Notes under the pieces: generated by a model
Databases searched by the model: none
Told to the model about the DNA's origin: nothing
What the model saw: only the letters and a program-made list of their open reading frames with translations
DNA from: Candidatus Dojkabacteria bacterium
GTDB lineage: Bacteria; Patescibacteriota; Dojkabacteria; B142; JAFGFJ01
Direction: 5' to 3'
DNA length: 64,000 bases
Assembly (NCBI GenBank): GCA_016931155.1
Contig: JAFGFJ010000010.1
Location: forward strand, 564-64,563
Made by a program: the position numbers and the translations under genes
Part shown: positions 30,727-40,603 of the stretch, in pieces
Numbering within the stretch: the stretch's first letter is position 1
Layout of the letters: each line of letters begins with the position of its first letter

Positions 30727-33141
30727 TTACAATTCAAAATCCCTGATCAGGGAAAGATCTATCTTCCAAATTTTAGTCCCATCAAGAACATAGAGGTTGT
30801 TGTTAGAAGTATCAACCACAACTTCTTTAATATTCTTAAATATTTCTCCCTCTGGTTTTACTTGTGCAATAAGATCGAAAATGCCGGCATTTTCTCCTCT
30901 GCTCTTTGTAAACACAAGAACTCTTCTGTTAACTGGATCCGCAAAAAATATTTTTGTTGCATCAACATCCATTGCAACAGATTCATTAACACTATCCCCT
31001 GATGGAAGCCCCTGTATACTTACAGGATCCTTATTTTCACCAAGATACCTGCTAAGTCCGCTTCCTTTTGAAAGAATATATACACGACCATCAACGGCAA
31101 TATCAGAAGCATTTGCAAAAGCATCCTCACGAGCTCTCAATATTGGAAGGGAATACCCGGAAGAACCCTCACTTCTCATATACACAAGATCTTTCGTATC
31201 AGTCCTCACTGCATAAATTCTATCTTCGCTTCCCACTCTGTAAGCCTCGAGCTGAACAACATTTCCAAGCTTTCCTCTCGACAAACCGAGATGCTTTGTA
31301 ACCGCTTTTGTTTCAATATTTATTGTCGCTAGAGCCTTATCCTCACTATTGTCATGTACAATTAGTTCCTTTTTCTGATCAAATGCAATTGCTCTCGGAC
31401 CTGATAAATTGCTCCCAGATGGGATAAATTCCACCGGATCATCTCCTCCTGTTGACACCTTGTAAATGACACTTCTTCCTGAGTCGGAAACATAGAGAAA
31501 ACCATCTAATAGATCAAAATCGTAAGTATCTGCATCTTCGAAATGTGCCGCAAAGTCGACAAGAAGAGATGGAGACATGACCAACACCCTGTTTAATTTG
31601 TTTTTTAGCATTTCCACCAGGTCTTCAGCATTTTCTATGTCCTCAACGAGAACTCCCAACTTCCTGGCTTCAGACAGCTTTGTAGAAGCCTTCTCAAGAT
31701 CGGCAAGCAGTTCCTCCTTTCTCTCACTATTTGTTGGACTGTTCAGCACAACTGGAACATTCTGACTGACTGTCTCCGCAACCTCTTTCGCATTATCAAC
31801 AAGCACCCGTGCTTCTTCTGTTAATTTTCTCGTTTTTGCATCATCAACTTGAGCCTTTATTCCAAAATAGAGAATAAACCCTATTACGACAATTAGAATT
31901 GCTATCACCTTCCAATTTTTTTTCACTCCTGCACCCCTCAGGAAGATTTTATCCTGATCGGCTCCCAGCCAACCTAAAACAGTCTTTTTTACGACAAGAA
32001 TTACTTCCCATATTTTTCTTCCTGCCTTTTGTAGAATATACAAATAAGTTGGAAGCTCTTTATCAACCACTTCCTGACCGAATTGATCAGATCTGGAAAC
32101 CTTTGTTTCAAAACCAGGAGCATCAACCGGGGAAACTCCCGAGACCGATACAGTTCGCTTATTGCCAGCTATCTGATCCTTTATTCTATTGAAATAAGCA
32201 ACGCCTTTGTCAATAATCTGTTTACCTTTCTCTTTAATTTTTTCAGCAACTGTCTTCTGTTCACTGAATCTGGAGGATTTGGAGTAATCGTATGGCAAAG
32301 TTTCTTCCTCTTTTTCGTCCCTAGGTTCAAAATCGAGTCGCTCTCTCTTTTCGGTATCCCCAAATTCTTTCGTTTCTTCATTTACTTGCTCTGACTCTAA
32401 CTCCCGAGCAGTAGTATTTGCCTGTTCTGATTTGGCAACAAATGATTCTCCTCCTTGTGCTTTCATTAAAGTAGCCCCCTTTTCGGTTTCCTTATCCTCT
32501 ACTTTAACCATAACAAGGGCAATCATTGAGTCATTTTCTATCATTCTACCTTTTAAATTTTGTTCTGAGAAATTTGATACAGATTCTACAAAATCATCTT
32601 CACTATATTCCTCAACAGCCTCAGGAGTAGCAAGCATATATACGTCGCCTGCTTCGATTCTGGAGCTTCCAACCTTGATTATTCCCTCACCTGTTGGGTC
32701 TTTGAGATATGAAGTAATATCAAGAAGATTCCCACCCCTGAAAACGTAGGCTCGTGCCTGCCCCATTGAAACAAAGTAAACAAAGCCGGCATACACGACC
32801 ATTGTATTGAGATGAACTTCAACTCCTTCTTCATGAACACTCACTTCGTTTTCAATGAGAGTCATTAGCCTTCTTTCCATTCCCATCACAGCCTTCTCAA
32901 GCGAAATAAGCACAGAATCTTTCTCATTCTCAAAATAATTTTCATGGAAATGGTCAAGCAGAAGATTGCCCGCCGTGGAAGTATCGAAATCCTCTGGTCC
33001 TCTGAGAGTAATTACCGCAAATATCTCCCCCCTCCTCTCAAAAACACTTTCACCCTGAGGACGATACGAATAAACACTAGCCCATACTCCAGGTTTATTC
33101 TTACCGATAAAATATTTTCGTGCCAGTGTAAATTTGTCCAT
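30727..33141 (-). CDS. Membrane protein: PP2C-like N-terminal domain, TM, coiled coil, C-terminal beta-propeller
   Basis: GQARAYVFRGG...GDVYMLAT (PP2C-like, lacking obvious catalytic Asp motifs); NHL/SMP-30-like repeats LYVSDSG, IAVDGRVYIL, IFFADP, LYVLDG. Confidence 0.7.
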   Translation of the reverse strand: MDKFTLARKYFIGKNKPGVWASVYSYRPQGESVFERRGEIFAVITLRGPEDFDTSTAGNLLLDHFHENYFENEKDSVLISLEKAVMGMERRLMTLIENEVSVHEEGVEVHLNTMVVYAGFVYFVSMGQARAYVFRGGNLLDITSYLKDPTGEGIIKVGSSRIEAGDVYMLATPEAVEEYSEDDFVESVSNFSEQNLKGRMIENDSMIALVMVKVEDKETEKGATLMKAQGGESFVAKSEQANTTARELESEQVNEETKEFGDTEKRERLDFEPRDEKEEETLPYDYSKSSRFSEQKTVAEKIKEKGKQIIDKGVAYFNRIKDQIAGNKRTVSVSGVSPVDAPGFETKVSRSDQFGQEVVDKELPTYLYILQKAGRKIWEVILVVKKTVLGWLGADQDKIFLRGAGVKKNWKVIAILIVVIGFILYFGIKAQVDDAKTRKLTEEARVLVDNAKEVAETVSQNVPVVLNSPTNSERKEELLADLEKASTKLSEARKLGVLVEDIENAEDLVEMLKNKLNRVLVMSPSLLVDFAAHFEDADTYDFDLLDGFLYVSDSGRSVIYKVSTGGDDPVEFIPSGSNLSGPRAIAFDQKKELIVHDNSEDKALATINIETKAVTKHLGLSRGKLGNVVQLEAYRVGSEDRIYAVRTDTKDLVYMRSEGSSGYSLPILRAREDAFANASDIAVDGRVYILSKGSGLSRYLGENKDPVSIQGLPSGDSVNESVAMDVDATKIFFADPVNRRVLVFTKSRGENAGIFDLIAQVKPEGEIFKNIKEVVVDTSNNNLYVLDGTKIWKIDLSLIRDFEL

Positions 33142-33207
33142 CGTCAAAAGGCAGTCCTTCAACCTATTCCAGGATATCAGGACTAGATTATACTAACCCA
33201 TTTTAGC

Positions 33208-33420
33208 TCAAAAGAAAAACACTACCATCAGAAAAACAACCAGGAGAATAAGAATAGAAAAAACCGTACAACCAATAACACATCCTGATGGTCTGGTTTT
33301 AACCAACCTATTGATTGATCTTGTCTGATGCAGAACAACAAGACCAACCAGCAAATGAAACAACGTTGCAATAACAAGAGCGGTTTTAATTATTATTTCT
33401 AAAATCTTATATTCGTTCAT
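33208..33420 (-). CDS. Small two-TM membrane protein
   Basis: Two hydrophobic helices around HQTRSINRLVKT. Confidence 0.7.
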   Translation of the reverse strand: MNEYKILEIIIKTALVIATLFHLLVGLVVLHQTRSINRLVKTRPSGCVIGCTVFSILILLVVFLMVVFFF

Positions 33421-33462
33421 TACAGTAAATTGTTTTAATTCTGTAAGAGAGACCCGGTCAAA

Positions 33463-34098
33463 CTATCTTCTGACAAACTTTTCATGACCTCTGGTCTTAA
33501 CGGCAGAGCTCAGATCTCCAATTACGTCTCTAAACCTGGATGGCTGAGGAACCGCTCTAAACTTAAAGTTTCCCCTCTCAGCAGCAGAACTGATAATCAC
33601 TGTTCCGTAGTGAAAAAGGCTGGGGAGAAGACCGACTGTTGAATCCCTAATATCTTGAATATCTTCAAGAGCCAACTCAATAACATGGTAAGAAGATATC
33701 GGACTAAACTCATAGTCAATAAGCCTCTGATTTGTTACCAGATAAATATCAAAATACCAGTCTAAAAAATTGAAAAGAACATATGTAAGCAAAAACGAAT
33801 AATAAATTACTATTACAATAAGCTGTCTCTCGAGAGATACAAAATCACCCAACGGTATCCCGAAAGTATCGATCAAGTAGGCAACTACAAAGGGAACTAT
33901 AAAGACTGCACCTGCTGTGATCATCCAGCCAATATTTGTAAGTATGTGGGGTCTAATGAGAACAAATACTTTTTCATATGGATTTTGTGTTCCAAATCTT
34001 ATCCCCTTCGGATTTATCTCGTAGCTTGAAAAGGGACCTCCTTCATGATCCGGAAGAATACCGGCAGCTGAATCAATTCGTCTTATTGGTTGCGCCAT
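33463..34098 (-). CDS. Membrane-associated bacterial PH-domain protein
   Basis: IRPH, two TMs, WYFDIYLVTNQRLID, IQDI, YGTVIISSA. Confidence 0.8.
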   Translation of the reverse strand: MAQPIRRIDSAAGILPDHEGGPFSSYEINPKGIRFGTQNPYEKVFVLIRPHILTNIGWMITAGAVFIVPFVVAYLIDTFGIPLGDFVSLERQLIVIVIYYSFLLTYVLFNFLDWYFDIYLVTNQRLIDYEFSPISSYHVIELALEDIQDIRDSTVGLLPSLFHYGTVIISSAAERGNFKFRAVPQPSRFRDVIGDLSSAVKTRGHEKFVRR

Positions 34099-34235
34099 GG
34101 AAAGTGAATGTTATATTGAATTTTAACACTTTATAAAAGGACAAAAAAGACCTGCCCCTTGAGAGTTTTGCGGAAGAAATTTTTAATGAAATATTGTGAA
34201 TCCTGTCCAATCTAAATTGTTTATTTATCTTTCTA

Positions 34236-35981
34236 CTAACCCTGTTGCATAAACCAGGTAAGCGAATAGATATAGTCAGTCTGCCCCGAAGGTTTTACGT
34301 TTGCAACCCAGTTATTCCAGATAGCCTTGAAAAGCCACCCTGACATGACCGCACTGCCGTTTGTGCCAATGAATTTTACCTGCTTCACCCTGTTCGAACC
34401 ATCTCTTACAAAAGTCATTCCCGTGACTGAACCAACAGAATTCCTGGTGCTTTGTAAAAAGATTTTTGCACCACCTGTATTGTAATTTGCAGCACTATAG
34501 TCCAGCATCTGATTTATCTCAGCATAAGTATAGCTGTTTGTTCTCCAGGTCCAGTTTGTGTAAGAATAGCTTGCAGCAGTTCCTGTGTCATTTACATGAC
34601 GAAGATAAGAATAAGGTGTTCCAACCCCGTTAAAACTTGAAAACACTGTGTCATTATCCGCAGTTCCATAGCCCTGATTGTTATCCGAAGAATATAGTGC
34701 TCGTATCACCTGTCCGTTATGAGTAGCACCTGTTGAAACAATAACCTGTTTTGAAGTTTCATCCGCTGCCCACTGTTTGTTTGTTCCTCCCTTATAAACC
34801 TGACAGGAAGCTGTCGTACAAATTGTCCCTCCATAACTCATTGCATAAGAACGGGCAGCTATCACCTGTGCCTTAATTGCTTCAGCAGGCCAGCAATCCC
34901 ATATCGTAGAAGGATTATCAACTGCATATTTTGCAGGATTTGAATTAACCTGTTCCTGTGTTCCACATGCCTTATCAGGCACTTCACCAAGACCAGCAAC
35001 ATATGTTTCCATATCCATATTCCCGTACCCTGAAACACTTACAACTGCACTCCTTTGCTCGATCTTTGTTTGAGAATAATAAAAAGTCACTATCTGCTGT
35101 GCTGTCCACCCTTTCTGTGCAGCACCATACGCACCAAACTGCGACATACCGACCCCATGACCTTGATAAAGATCTCTTCCTCGACCTGTGAAATATATCT
35201 CACCAGACTCGATTGGTAAAGTACCACCATTAGTTGAACCGCCTGTCTGTATATCTTCAAGTGCTTTTATTGCCTTCTGCTCCTCTGAGAGTTGCCCTAT
35301 TGCCGACTGAACCGTTCCTATCTGTCCCCTTATCCCTGCCACTGCACCGCTTGTCGAGGCTATAGTAGAATTTAGTTTTTCGAGTTGTTGAGCAAGTTCA
35401 ACCTTTCTGCTCTCCAAATCTTTCGTTTTTATTTCAAGATTCTTCTTTTCCTCAGTATTGGAAGCAAGATCGTTTTCAATCTGCACTAATTCCCCGGAAA
35501 GACCCTTTATCCAATCTTTCTCATCAAGAGTAATAGCGGTTTGATAAGTTGCAGTTTTTACAAAATCCTTTTCTGAGCTGAAAATTACATCCGTAAAACG
35601 AGTCATTTTCCAACTGAGATAAGAATCACGTACAAAACCGTCCTGCCTCTTCTCTCTTTCCTCCTTTTCAAGTTCTTTTATGTATTTATTTTGTTCAAGC
35701 TCTTCCAGTTTCAAATTGTTATATTCAATTTGAGCTTCAATTTCCTTCATTTCCGCATCAATCTGCGCATAAGCTGAGTTTGTACTATTTCTCTGGGAAG
35801 CGTAATAATTGAGATCTTTCTGAATATTACCAAGTTTTTCCTGTAGCTTACTAAGTTCGGCATTTTTTCTTTCAAGTTCCAACTGAATTTCTTCAGTTGT
35901 TTTTGCATATGCGGGAGAAAGACAAGCAGAAAAAAAGGTTGCCAATATAAGAGGGAAAATTGTTAAATGCTTTAATTTCAT
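34236..35981 (-). CDS. Secreted coiled-coil + SpoIID/LytB-domain peptidoglycan lytic enzyme
   Basis: Signal peptide, about 210-aa coiled coil, GHGVGMSQFGA, YVAGLGEVP, WPAEAIKAQVIAARSYA, CQVY. Confidence 0.88.
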   Translation of the reverse strand: MKLKHLTIFPLILATFFSACLSPAYAKTTEEIQLELERKNAELSKLQEKLGNIQKDLNYYASQRNSTNSAYAQIDAEMKEIEAQIEYNNLKLEELEQNKYIKELEKEEREKRQDGFVRDSYLSWKMTRFTDVIFSSEKDFVKTATYQTAITLDEKDWIKGLSGELVQIENDLASNTEEKKNLEIKTKDLESRKVELAQQLEKLNSTIASTSGAVAGIRGQIGTVQSAIGQLSEEQKAIKALEDIQTGGSTNGGTLPIESGEIYFTGRGRDLYQGHGVGMSQFGAYGAAQKGWTAQQIVTFYYSQTKIEQRSAVVSVSGYGNMDMETYVAGLGEVPDKACGTQEQVNSNPAKYAVDNPSTIWDCWPAEAIKAQVIAARSYAMSYGGTICTTASCQVYKGGTNKQWAADETSKQVIVSTGATHNGQVIRALYSSDNNQGYGTADNDTVFSSFNGVGTPYSYLRHVNDTGTAASYSYTNWTWRTNSYTYAEINQMLDYSAANYNTGGAKIFLQSTRNSVGSVTGMTFVRDGSNRVKQVKFIGTNGSAVMSGWLFKAIWNNWVANVKPSGQTDYIYSLTWFMQQG

Positions 35982-36174
35982 TTTTGAAGCTTAAAAGTGC
36001 AAGCCAAAATAACTCGACCATTATACCACAGAATTTTGTAGTGAAATAAGAGCTGATGCGATCTTACAACCACATAGTCACAAAATACTACAATCACATG
36101 TCTTTACAATCTGGTGGTCTACAACTCTGGAATCTTTCGAATTACAGTTAAGTGACTTTGATTAATGGTTCTAA

Positions 36175-36226
36175 TACTGAGACTCTACGGGCTTTGCCAG
36201 TAGGTTTAAGATCGGTTATGCTGAAT
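36175..36226 (+). repeat. Third copy of the dif-like repeat
   Basis: TACTGAGACTCTACGG identical to 25070-25085, then AGTAGGTTTAA-GATCGG-TTATGCTGAAT (36199-36226). Confidence 0.7.
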
Positions 36227-36335
36227 ATATTGGTATCCGTCCTTCAACTGAAGGATACAGCAATCGTGCAGTCTTAAAGAAAAAATCTTACACGGGGAAT
36301 TCCACAACGTCGTACCAGAACGCAAAGCATAGTAT

Positions 36336-36410
36336 CAAATCACAAACCGAAACATCAAACCATAAACTGTATCGCCAAATCATAAACCGTATCATTAAAT
36401 CACAACTGAG
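36336..36410. repeat. Imperfect 20-bp tandem repeat (about 4 units)
   Basis: caaatcacaaaccgaaacat / caaaccataaactgtatcgc / caaatcataaaccgtatcat / taaatcacaactg. Confidence 0.6.
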
Positions 36411-38506
36411 TTGCCCCAGTCATTATATTCCTCATGATGAGTAAGAAGAATAACTTGATGTTTCTCCCCTATTTCCTTGAGAATTTCCTTTGTTGTTTCT
36501 TTTCTCGTCTCATCAAATGTCACAAAAGGATCGTCCAAAATAATCGGTGGGTTCGAGTCCTTTGCTACCAGATCCAGAATAGCAAGTCTGGTCAAAAAAT
36601 AGATCTGGTCAACCGTTCCTTTTGAAAGAACGGAAACAGGGTCTATCCAGTCGCCCTTCTCCTTTGAAAAAACCTGAATACTCAGATTTTTTTCTATTTT
36701 CACATCCGAATATCTGTCTTGCGTAAGCCTCGCTAGATACATTTTTACAAATTCTTTTATAATTTTTCCCGCATCTTTTGCTGTACCTTCAATAGACTGA
36801 TCAATGGTTTCCCTGACAAGCTCCAAGACTTTCCGCTTCTTTTTGTAGTAACTGTATTCTTCATTGAGCCTCTCCAATAGCTCCTCCTCTTCAACTACAT
36901 CATCTATGCTGATCTCTGCATCCTGCACCCTTACCTTTGAAGCTGTCTCAAGCTCACTCAATCTTTTCTCCTCCATTTTTAGTGTATCAAGCTCACGTCT
37001 TTTTCTAAGATATTCTTCAGAAGTAAGATTTGAATTTCTAACGTCTTCAGTAAGCTCGTTCACCTCAACTTCTTTCTTCTTTGCGAAAAGTTCAGCCTGC
37101 TCCCCTTTGATTTGCTCCAGACTCTTACCTTCAAGCATTCCCTTCTGAAGAGACTCCAGGTTCGCCCTCTCCTCAAGAAAACCTCTAAGTTTTGCTTTTT
37201 TTGTATAAAATTCGTCAGAGTCTCTGACCTTAATTTCCTCAAATTTTTTTTCAAGACAGGCACTTTCTTTTCCAATTTGCTCAATTATTTCCTTGAGCTG
37301 TTTTTCCCTCATCTCAACTTCCTTCCTCCCTTCTTTACCTGCAGAGCCTTTTTGTGAATTGAAAAACATGTAGGCACCAATTACAAAAGTGATACCAAGA
37401 CCTGTCAATAAAATGTCTAATCTACTAAGTAGAATATATAGGACAATTGTTACAACAAGAAAAAACAAAGGAACTAAAAGCCTTGGAAATACGGGGTTAT
37501 CCGGCTTCTCTGCTTCCACAATTTCCTCCCTTTCAAGTTTTGCTATTGTCTCCTTTTTTGCTCTGATAGAGCCAGTTAGTTCGTTTACTTCTTTTGCAGT
37601 TTTTTCAAGATCAATCGAATCCAGCGGTTTAAAATTTTCAATCTGCGACCGAATGTTGGAAATTTGTGTACTAATTTCAGACACTTCGCTCATTTTTCGC
37701 TCCAGGCGTACTATTTGCTGTTCAATTTCTTTGATCTTTTGGCTTCCTTCCTTGAATTTCCTGTTGTATTCTATCTGTTTTTCTACCAGTGAAATCTTCT
37801 CTGTAACAGACTCAAGTTCCCCTTTGGAGCTCTTTCCTTCGTTTGCAGCACTTTTTACTTTCTCCCATTTCTGCTTTTTGTCTTCAAGATTTTGCATAGT
37901 CTCGGAAATTTTTACTTCCAGCTCTTTCAATTTTCCGGGACTATTTGTCGGACGGTCGAGACCTTTTTTGAGCTCAGCCAGTTCCCTGTCTATTTCTTTT
38001 ATTACTGTCCCTACTCCTTCCTCGACTCCTCCTGCTGAGGCCGCACTTTGAATTGAAGCAACAAGATCCTCACTACTTTCTATCCTCGCAAGATCGGATT
38101 GGCTTACAAAAGCACTTGATTCAAAGACCTTTACAGACTTGATCCCGAGAAGCTGACCGATAGATGCTTCAACACCTTTTATATCGTTAGTTTCTTTTTT
38201 TGTATCAAGGTTTGTAAGCTTGGCAAGTTTCAGACCGAAGTCTTTAGTGAGCTGAAACTTGCCAAGCGGGGAAGTTCCTTCCGCCTGTAAGAATATGCTT
38301 CCGCTCTCATCCCACGAGCCGTACCTGTCAAAAAATTGTTTTGACTTTGTAGTCGGATCTGCAAAAAGAAGGGTAAGTATTGCTTCAGAAAGAGTTGATT
38401 TGCCGGCCTCGTTGAGTCCCTGCACTACATTTACTCCATCGCTGAACTCAAAGGTTTTATCCTTAAACTTTCTGAAATTTTTAATTGTAAGTTTTGTAAT
38501 TTTCAT
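36395..38506 (-). CDS. Rad50/SbcC-like (YhaN-type) SMC ATPase with central TM hairpin
   Basis: GLNEAGKST, Q-loop FVSQ, LSKGT, ILDDPF, LTHH; two hydrophobic helices mid coiled-coil. Confidence 0.88.
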   Translation of the reverse strand: MKITKLTIKNFRKFKDKTFEFSDGVNVVQGLNEAGKSTLSEAILTLLFADPTTKSKQFFDRYGSWDESGSIFLQAEGTSPLGKFQLTKDFGLKLAKLTNLDTKKETNDIKGVEASIGQLLGIKSVKVFESSAFVSQSDLARIESSEDLVASIQSAASAGGVEEGVGTVIKEIDRELAELKKGLDRPTNSPGKLKELEVKISETMQNLEDKKQKWEKVKSAANEGKSSKGELESVTEKISLVEKQIEYNRKFKEGSQKIKEIEQQIVRLERKMSEVSEISTQISNIRSQIENFKPLDSIDLEKTAKEVNELTGSIRAKKETIAKLEREEIVEAEKPDNPVFPRLLVPLFFLVVTIVLYILLSRLDILLTGLGITFVIGAYMFFNSQKGSAGKEGRKEVEMREKQLKEIIEQIGKESACLEKKFEEIKVRDSDEFYTKKAKLRGFLEERANLESLQKGMLEGKSLEQIKGEQAELFAKKKEVEVNELTEDVRNSNLTSEEYLRKRRELDTLKMEEKRLSELETASKVRVQDAEISIDDVVEEEELLERLNEEYSYYKKKRKVLELVRETIDQSIEGTAKDAGKIIKEFVKMYLARLTQDRYSDVKIEKNLSIQVFSKEKGDWIDPVSVLSKGTVDQIYFLTRLAILDLVAKDSNPPIILDDPFVTFDETRKETTKEILKEIGEKHQVILLTHHEEYNDWGNSVVI

Positions 38507-39612
38507 TAATTTTTCTGTGTCCCTGATAGTTTTTTCACTCCATACTGGATAGCTTCATCAATTATTTCCTTGTCTTCTACTTCATTTTCCCTTAGGAGCT
38601 TGATGTATCGACCGATCAAAAGCTCCTGAGGGTATTTATCCAGTTCTTCCTGTGTAAGTTCCAGATGAGATTCGTCTGCAATCTTTAGATAGAAAAATTT
38701 ACCTCTCATTGTATCTTCCAGTTCTTCTTTATCCAGATCAAAAGAAAGAGATTTTTTTCCCTTTATCGATACAAGTTTTATCAGATTTTCATGAGCATCC
38801 AAGAGAATATCCTTCTGAAGAGATGAAAGGTTCTCGTATTTGCCAAGATCCACCTCCTGCACAATTACTTCTCTCTTGCCTACTCTTAGAGGAATTACCC
38901 TGGTTCCAGAATCAATCTCAATAAGCAGTACATTTCCCGAACCTTTCTGATCTGAGTCGATAAGCTCAGGAGAGCCTGAGTACCAGACCTTGTCTTTTAC
39001 TACTTCAAGCCTGCTGTGCCAGTCACCAAGAGCCACATATTCGACAGGCAAAGATTCAAGAAGTTTTACATCAATGGGGTAATTATCTGCTTCCCTTCCT
39101 GCCATATTTACCGATCCGTGAATCAAAGCAACACTGTTTTTTGTTTTCGCTTTTTCGTTTATTTTAATTTCTGAAAGAGGAGATTTCCTGCTTTTCTGAA
39201 GCACTGCAGACACACCATAAACTGTAAGGTCAAGATCTTCCACAATCCAGATAGAGCCATTTTCGGGAGTAAAAATATGAATATTGGAGCTGTCACCGCA
39301 GAACTCATCTGAAAGAAACACCGAGCCGGGTTCGAGCCTGTCATGATTTCCCGCAATAATTGCTACCTTGATAAGAGCTTTTGCAAGCTTTTCCAGCTGT
39401 GATTTTACAAAATTTATACTAATTTTCGAAGGAAAAGGGTTGTCAAAAAGATCCCCGGAAATAGCAACAAGGTCAACTTTTTTCTCAATTGCCACATCTA
39501 CAACTTTCTCAAACGTCTGCCTGATCTGGTCTCTCTGAACATTTGATTTGTCTTTCAGATAGGACAGTTTTGCCCCAATATGAATATCACTGGTATGAAG
39601 AATTTTTATCAT
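38506..39612 (-). CDS. Mre11/SbcD-like (YhaO-type) DNA repair nuclease
   Basis: HTSDIHIG, SGDLFD, AGNHD, IHG, ALGDWH, YSGSPE; coupled to the downstream ATPase. Confidence 0.92.
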   Translation of the reverse strand: MIKILHTSDIHIGAKLSYLKDKSNVQRDQIRQTFEKVVDVAIEKKVDLVAISGDLFDNPFPSKISINFVKSQLEKLAKALIKVAIIAGNHDRLEPGSVFLSDEFCGDSSNIHIFTPENGSIWIVEDLDLTVYGVSAVLQKSRKSPLSEIKINEKAKTKNSVALIHGSVNMAGREADNYPIDVKLLESLPVEYVALGDWHSRLEVVKDKVWYSGSPELIDSDQKGSGNVLLIEIDSGTRVIPLRVGKREVIVQEVDLGKYENLSSLQKDILLDAHENLIKLVSIKGKKSLSFDLDKEELEDTMRGKFFYLKIADESHLELTQEELDKYPQELLIGRYIKLLRENEVEDKEIIDEAIQYGVKKLSGTQKN

Positions 39613-39836
39613 AACCTTTATAAATTAGATGGCATAAATATCAATAATTGCCATGCTTCTATCTGGTCAATTTTTTGATCCCAGATATTCCAGAAATAAG
39701 TTATTGCTCAATCTGAATCTAACTTATTCCTAAAGATGCGTCAACTTACAGTAGAATACTTGCCAAATATCTACCAGAAACAAAAGGAGGTCATACTCCG
39801 AAGTAAAAATCCCATGAATCCTAAAAGAGTAGAGAC

Positions 39837-40103
39837 TTACTTGCAGGAAACGTAATAGTCCCAGAAGTAGCCATGAGCCTGACAGGAAGGTTGAGAGGTG
39901 ATACGGCTTTCGGTAGATGACGAGCAGTCAACGCACCTGGCACAAGCCTGCAAATACCCGGAATTTTCCTGTTCAGTTATTACTACCAGTGTACCGGCTC
40001 TTGAAGCGTCACAAACATAGCTGGACGACCTGATTTGTGTATACGCGAGCCTTTGTAAAGACACTCTGGTGAGACCCGAAGGAATGTCTGTTATTCCCCT
40101 GCT
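39837..40103 (-). pseudogene. Out-of-frame Cys-rich C-terminal domain of the upstream pilin gene
   Basis: Open frame SRGITDIPSG...CARCVDC...YYVSCK becomes continuous with 40091..40603 if the G8 tract is G9. Confidence 0.55.
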
Positions 40104-40603
40104 CCCCCCCCAGAAGTACATGCATTTGGAAAAACCAATTGGAATGCAGGTAAAGTCAGCTGTTCCATACACAAAGCATCCTGGTCTATCGGAAAAACCC
40201 GTAAAACAGTATTAATTGCAGGAACACCTCCGAAAAAAACAGGGATAGAAATTGCCCAATAGGTTGCCTGTTGCTTAAGCTCTTTCAGTTTTTGCTCGTC
40301 ACCGCCGCTTGTCATCCACTGAAAACCAATAGCAACAAGTCCTGCAAGAAATATGAAGCCTCCAAGTGCCCATACAATGTAGAGTCCTTTTATGACCCAG
40401 ATTTCAACAAGCACCAGGGTAGGAGGTTTGGCACATTCACCTGTCAGATCATCAAAATCGCCACAATCCCCAACATCAACGGGTCTCTCGGTAACGCCCT
40501 CAGCATAAACTGAAACAGGAGAAAACAGACAACAGAAGAACAGAGCCAGCAAAACCAGTCCCGTAAATATACTCTTATATGATACTACTCCAAACAGGCT
40601 CAT
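40091..40603 (-). CDS. TrbC/VirB2-like pilin family protein
   Basis: Signal peptide (SVYA), TM-GFQWMTSGGDEQKLKELK-TM pattern. Confidence 0.75.
   Translation of the reverse strand: MSLFGVVSYKSIFTGLVLLALFFCCLFSPVSVYAEGVTERPVDVGDCGDFDDLTGECAKPPTLVLVEIWVIKGLYIVWALGGFIFLAGLVAIGFQWMTSGGDEQKLKELKQQATYWAISIPVFFGGVPAINTVLRVFPIDQDALCMEQLTLPAFQLVFPNACTSGGGAGE

Noticed and set aside
37389-38051. 220-aa plus-strand ORF and similar antisense ORFs across the window
   Set aside because: Ser/Phe-rich antisense shadows of well-supported genes.
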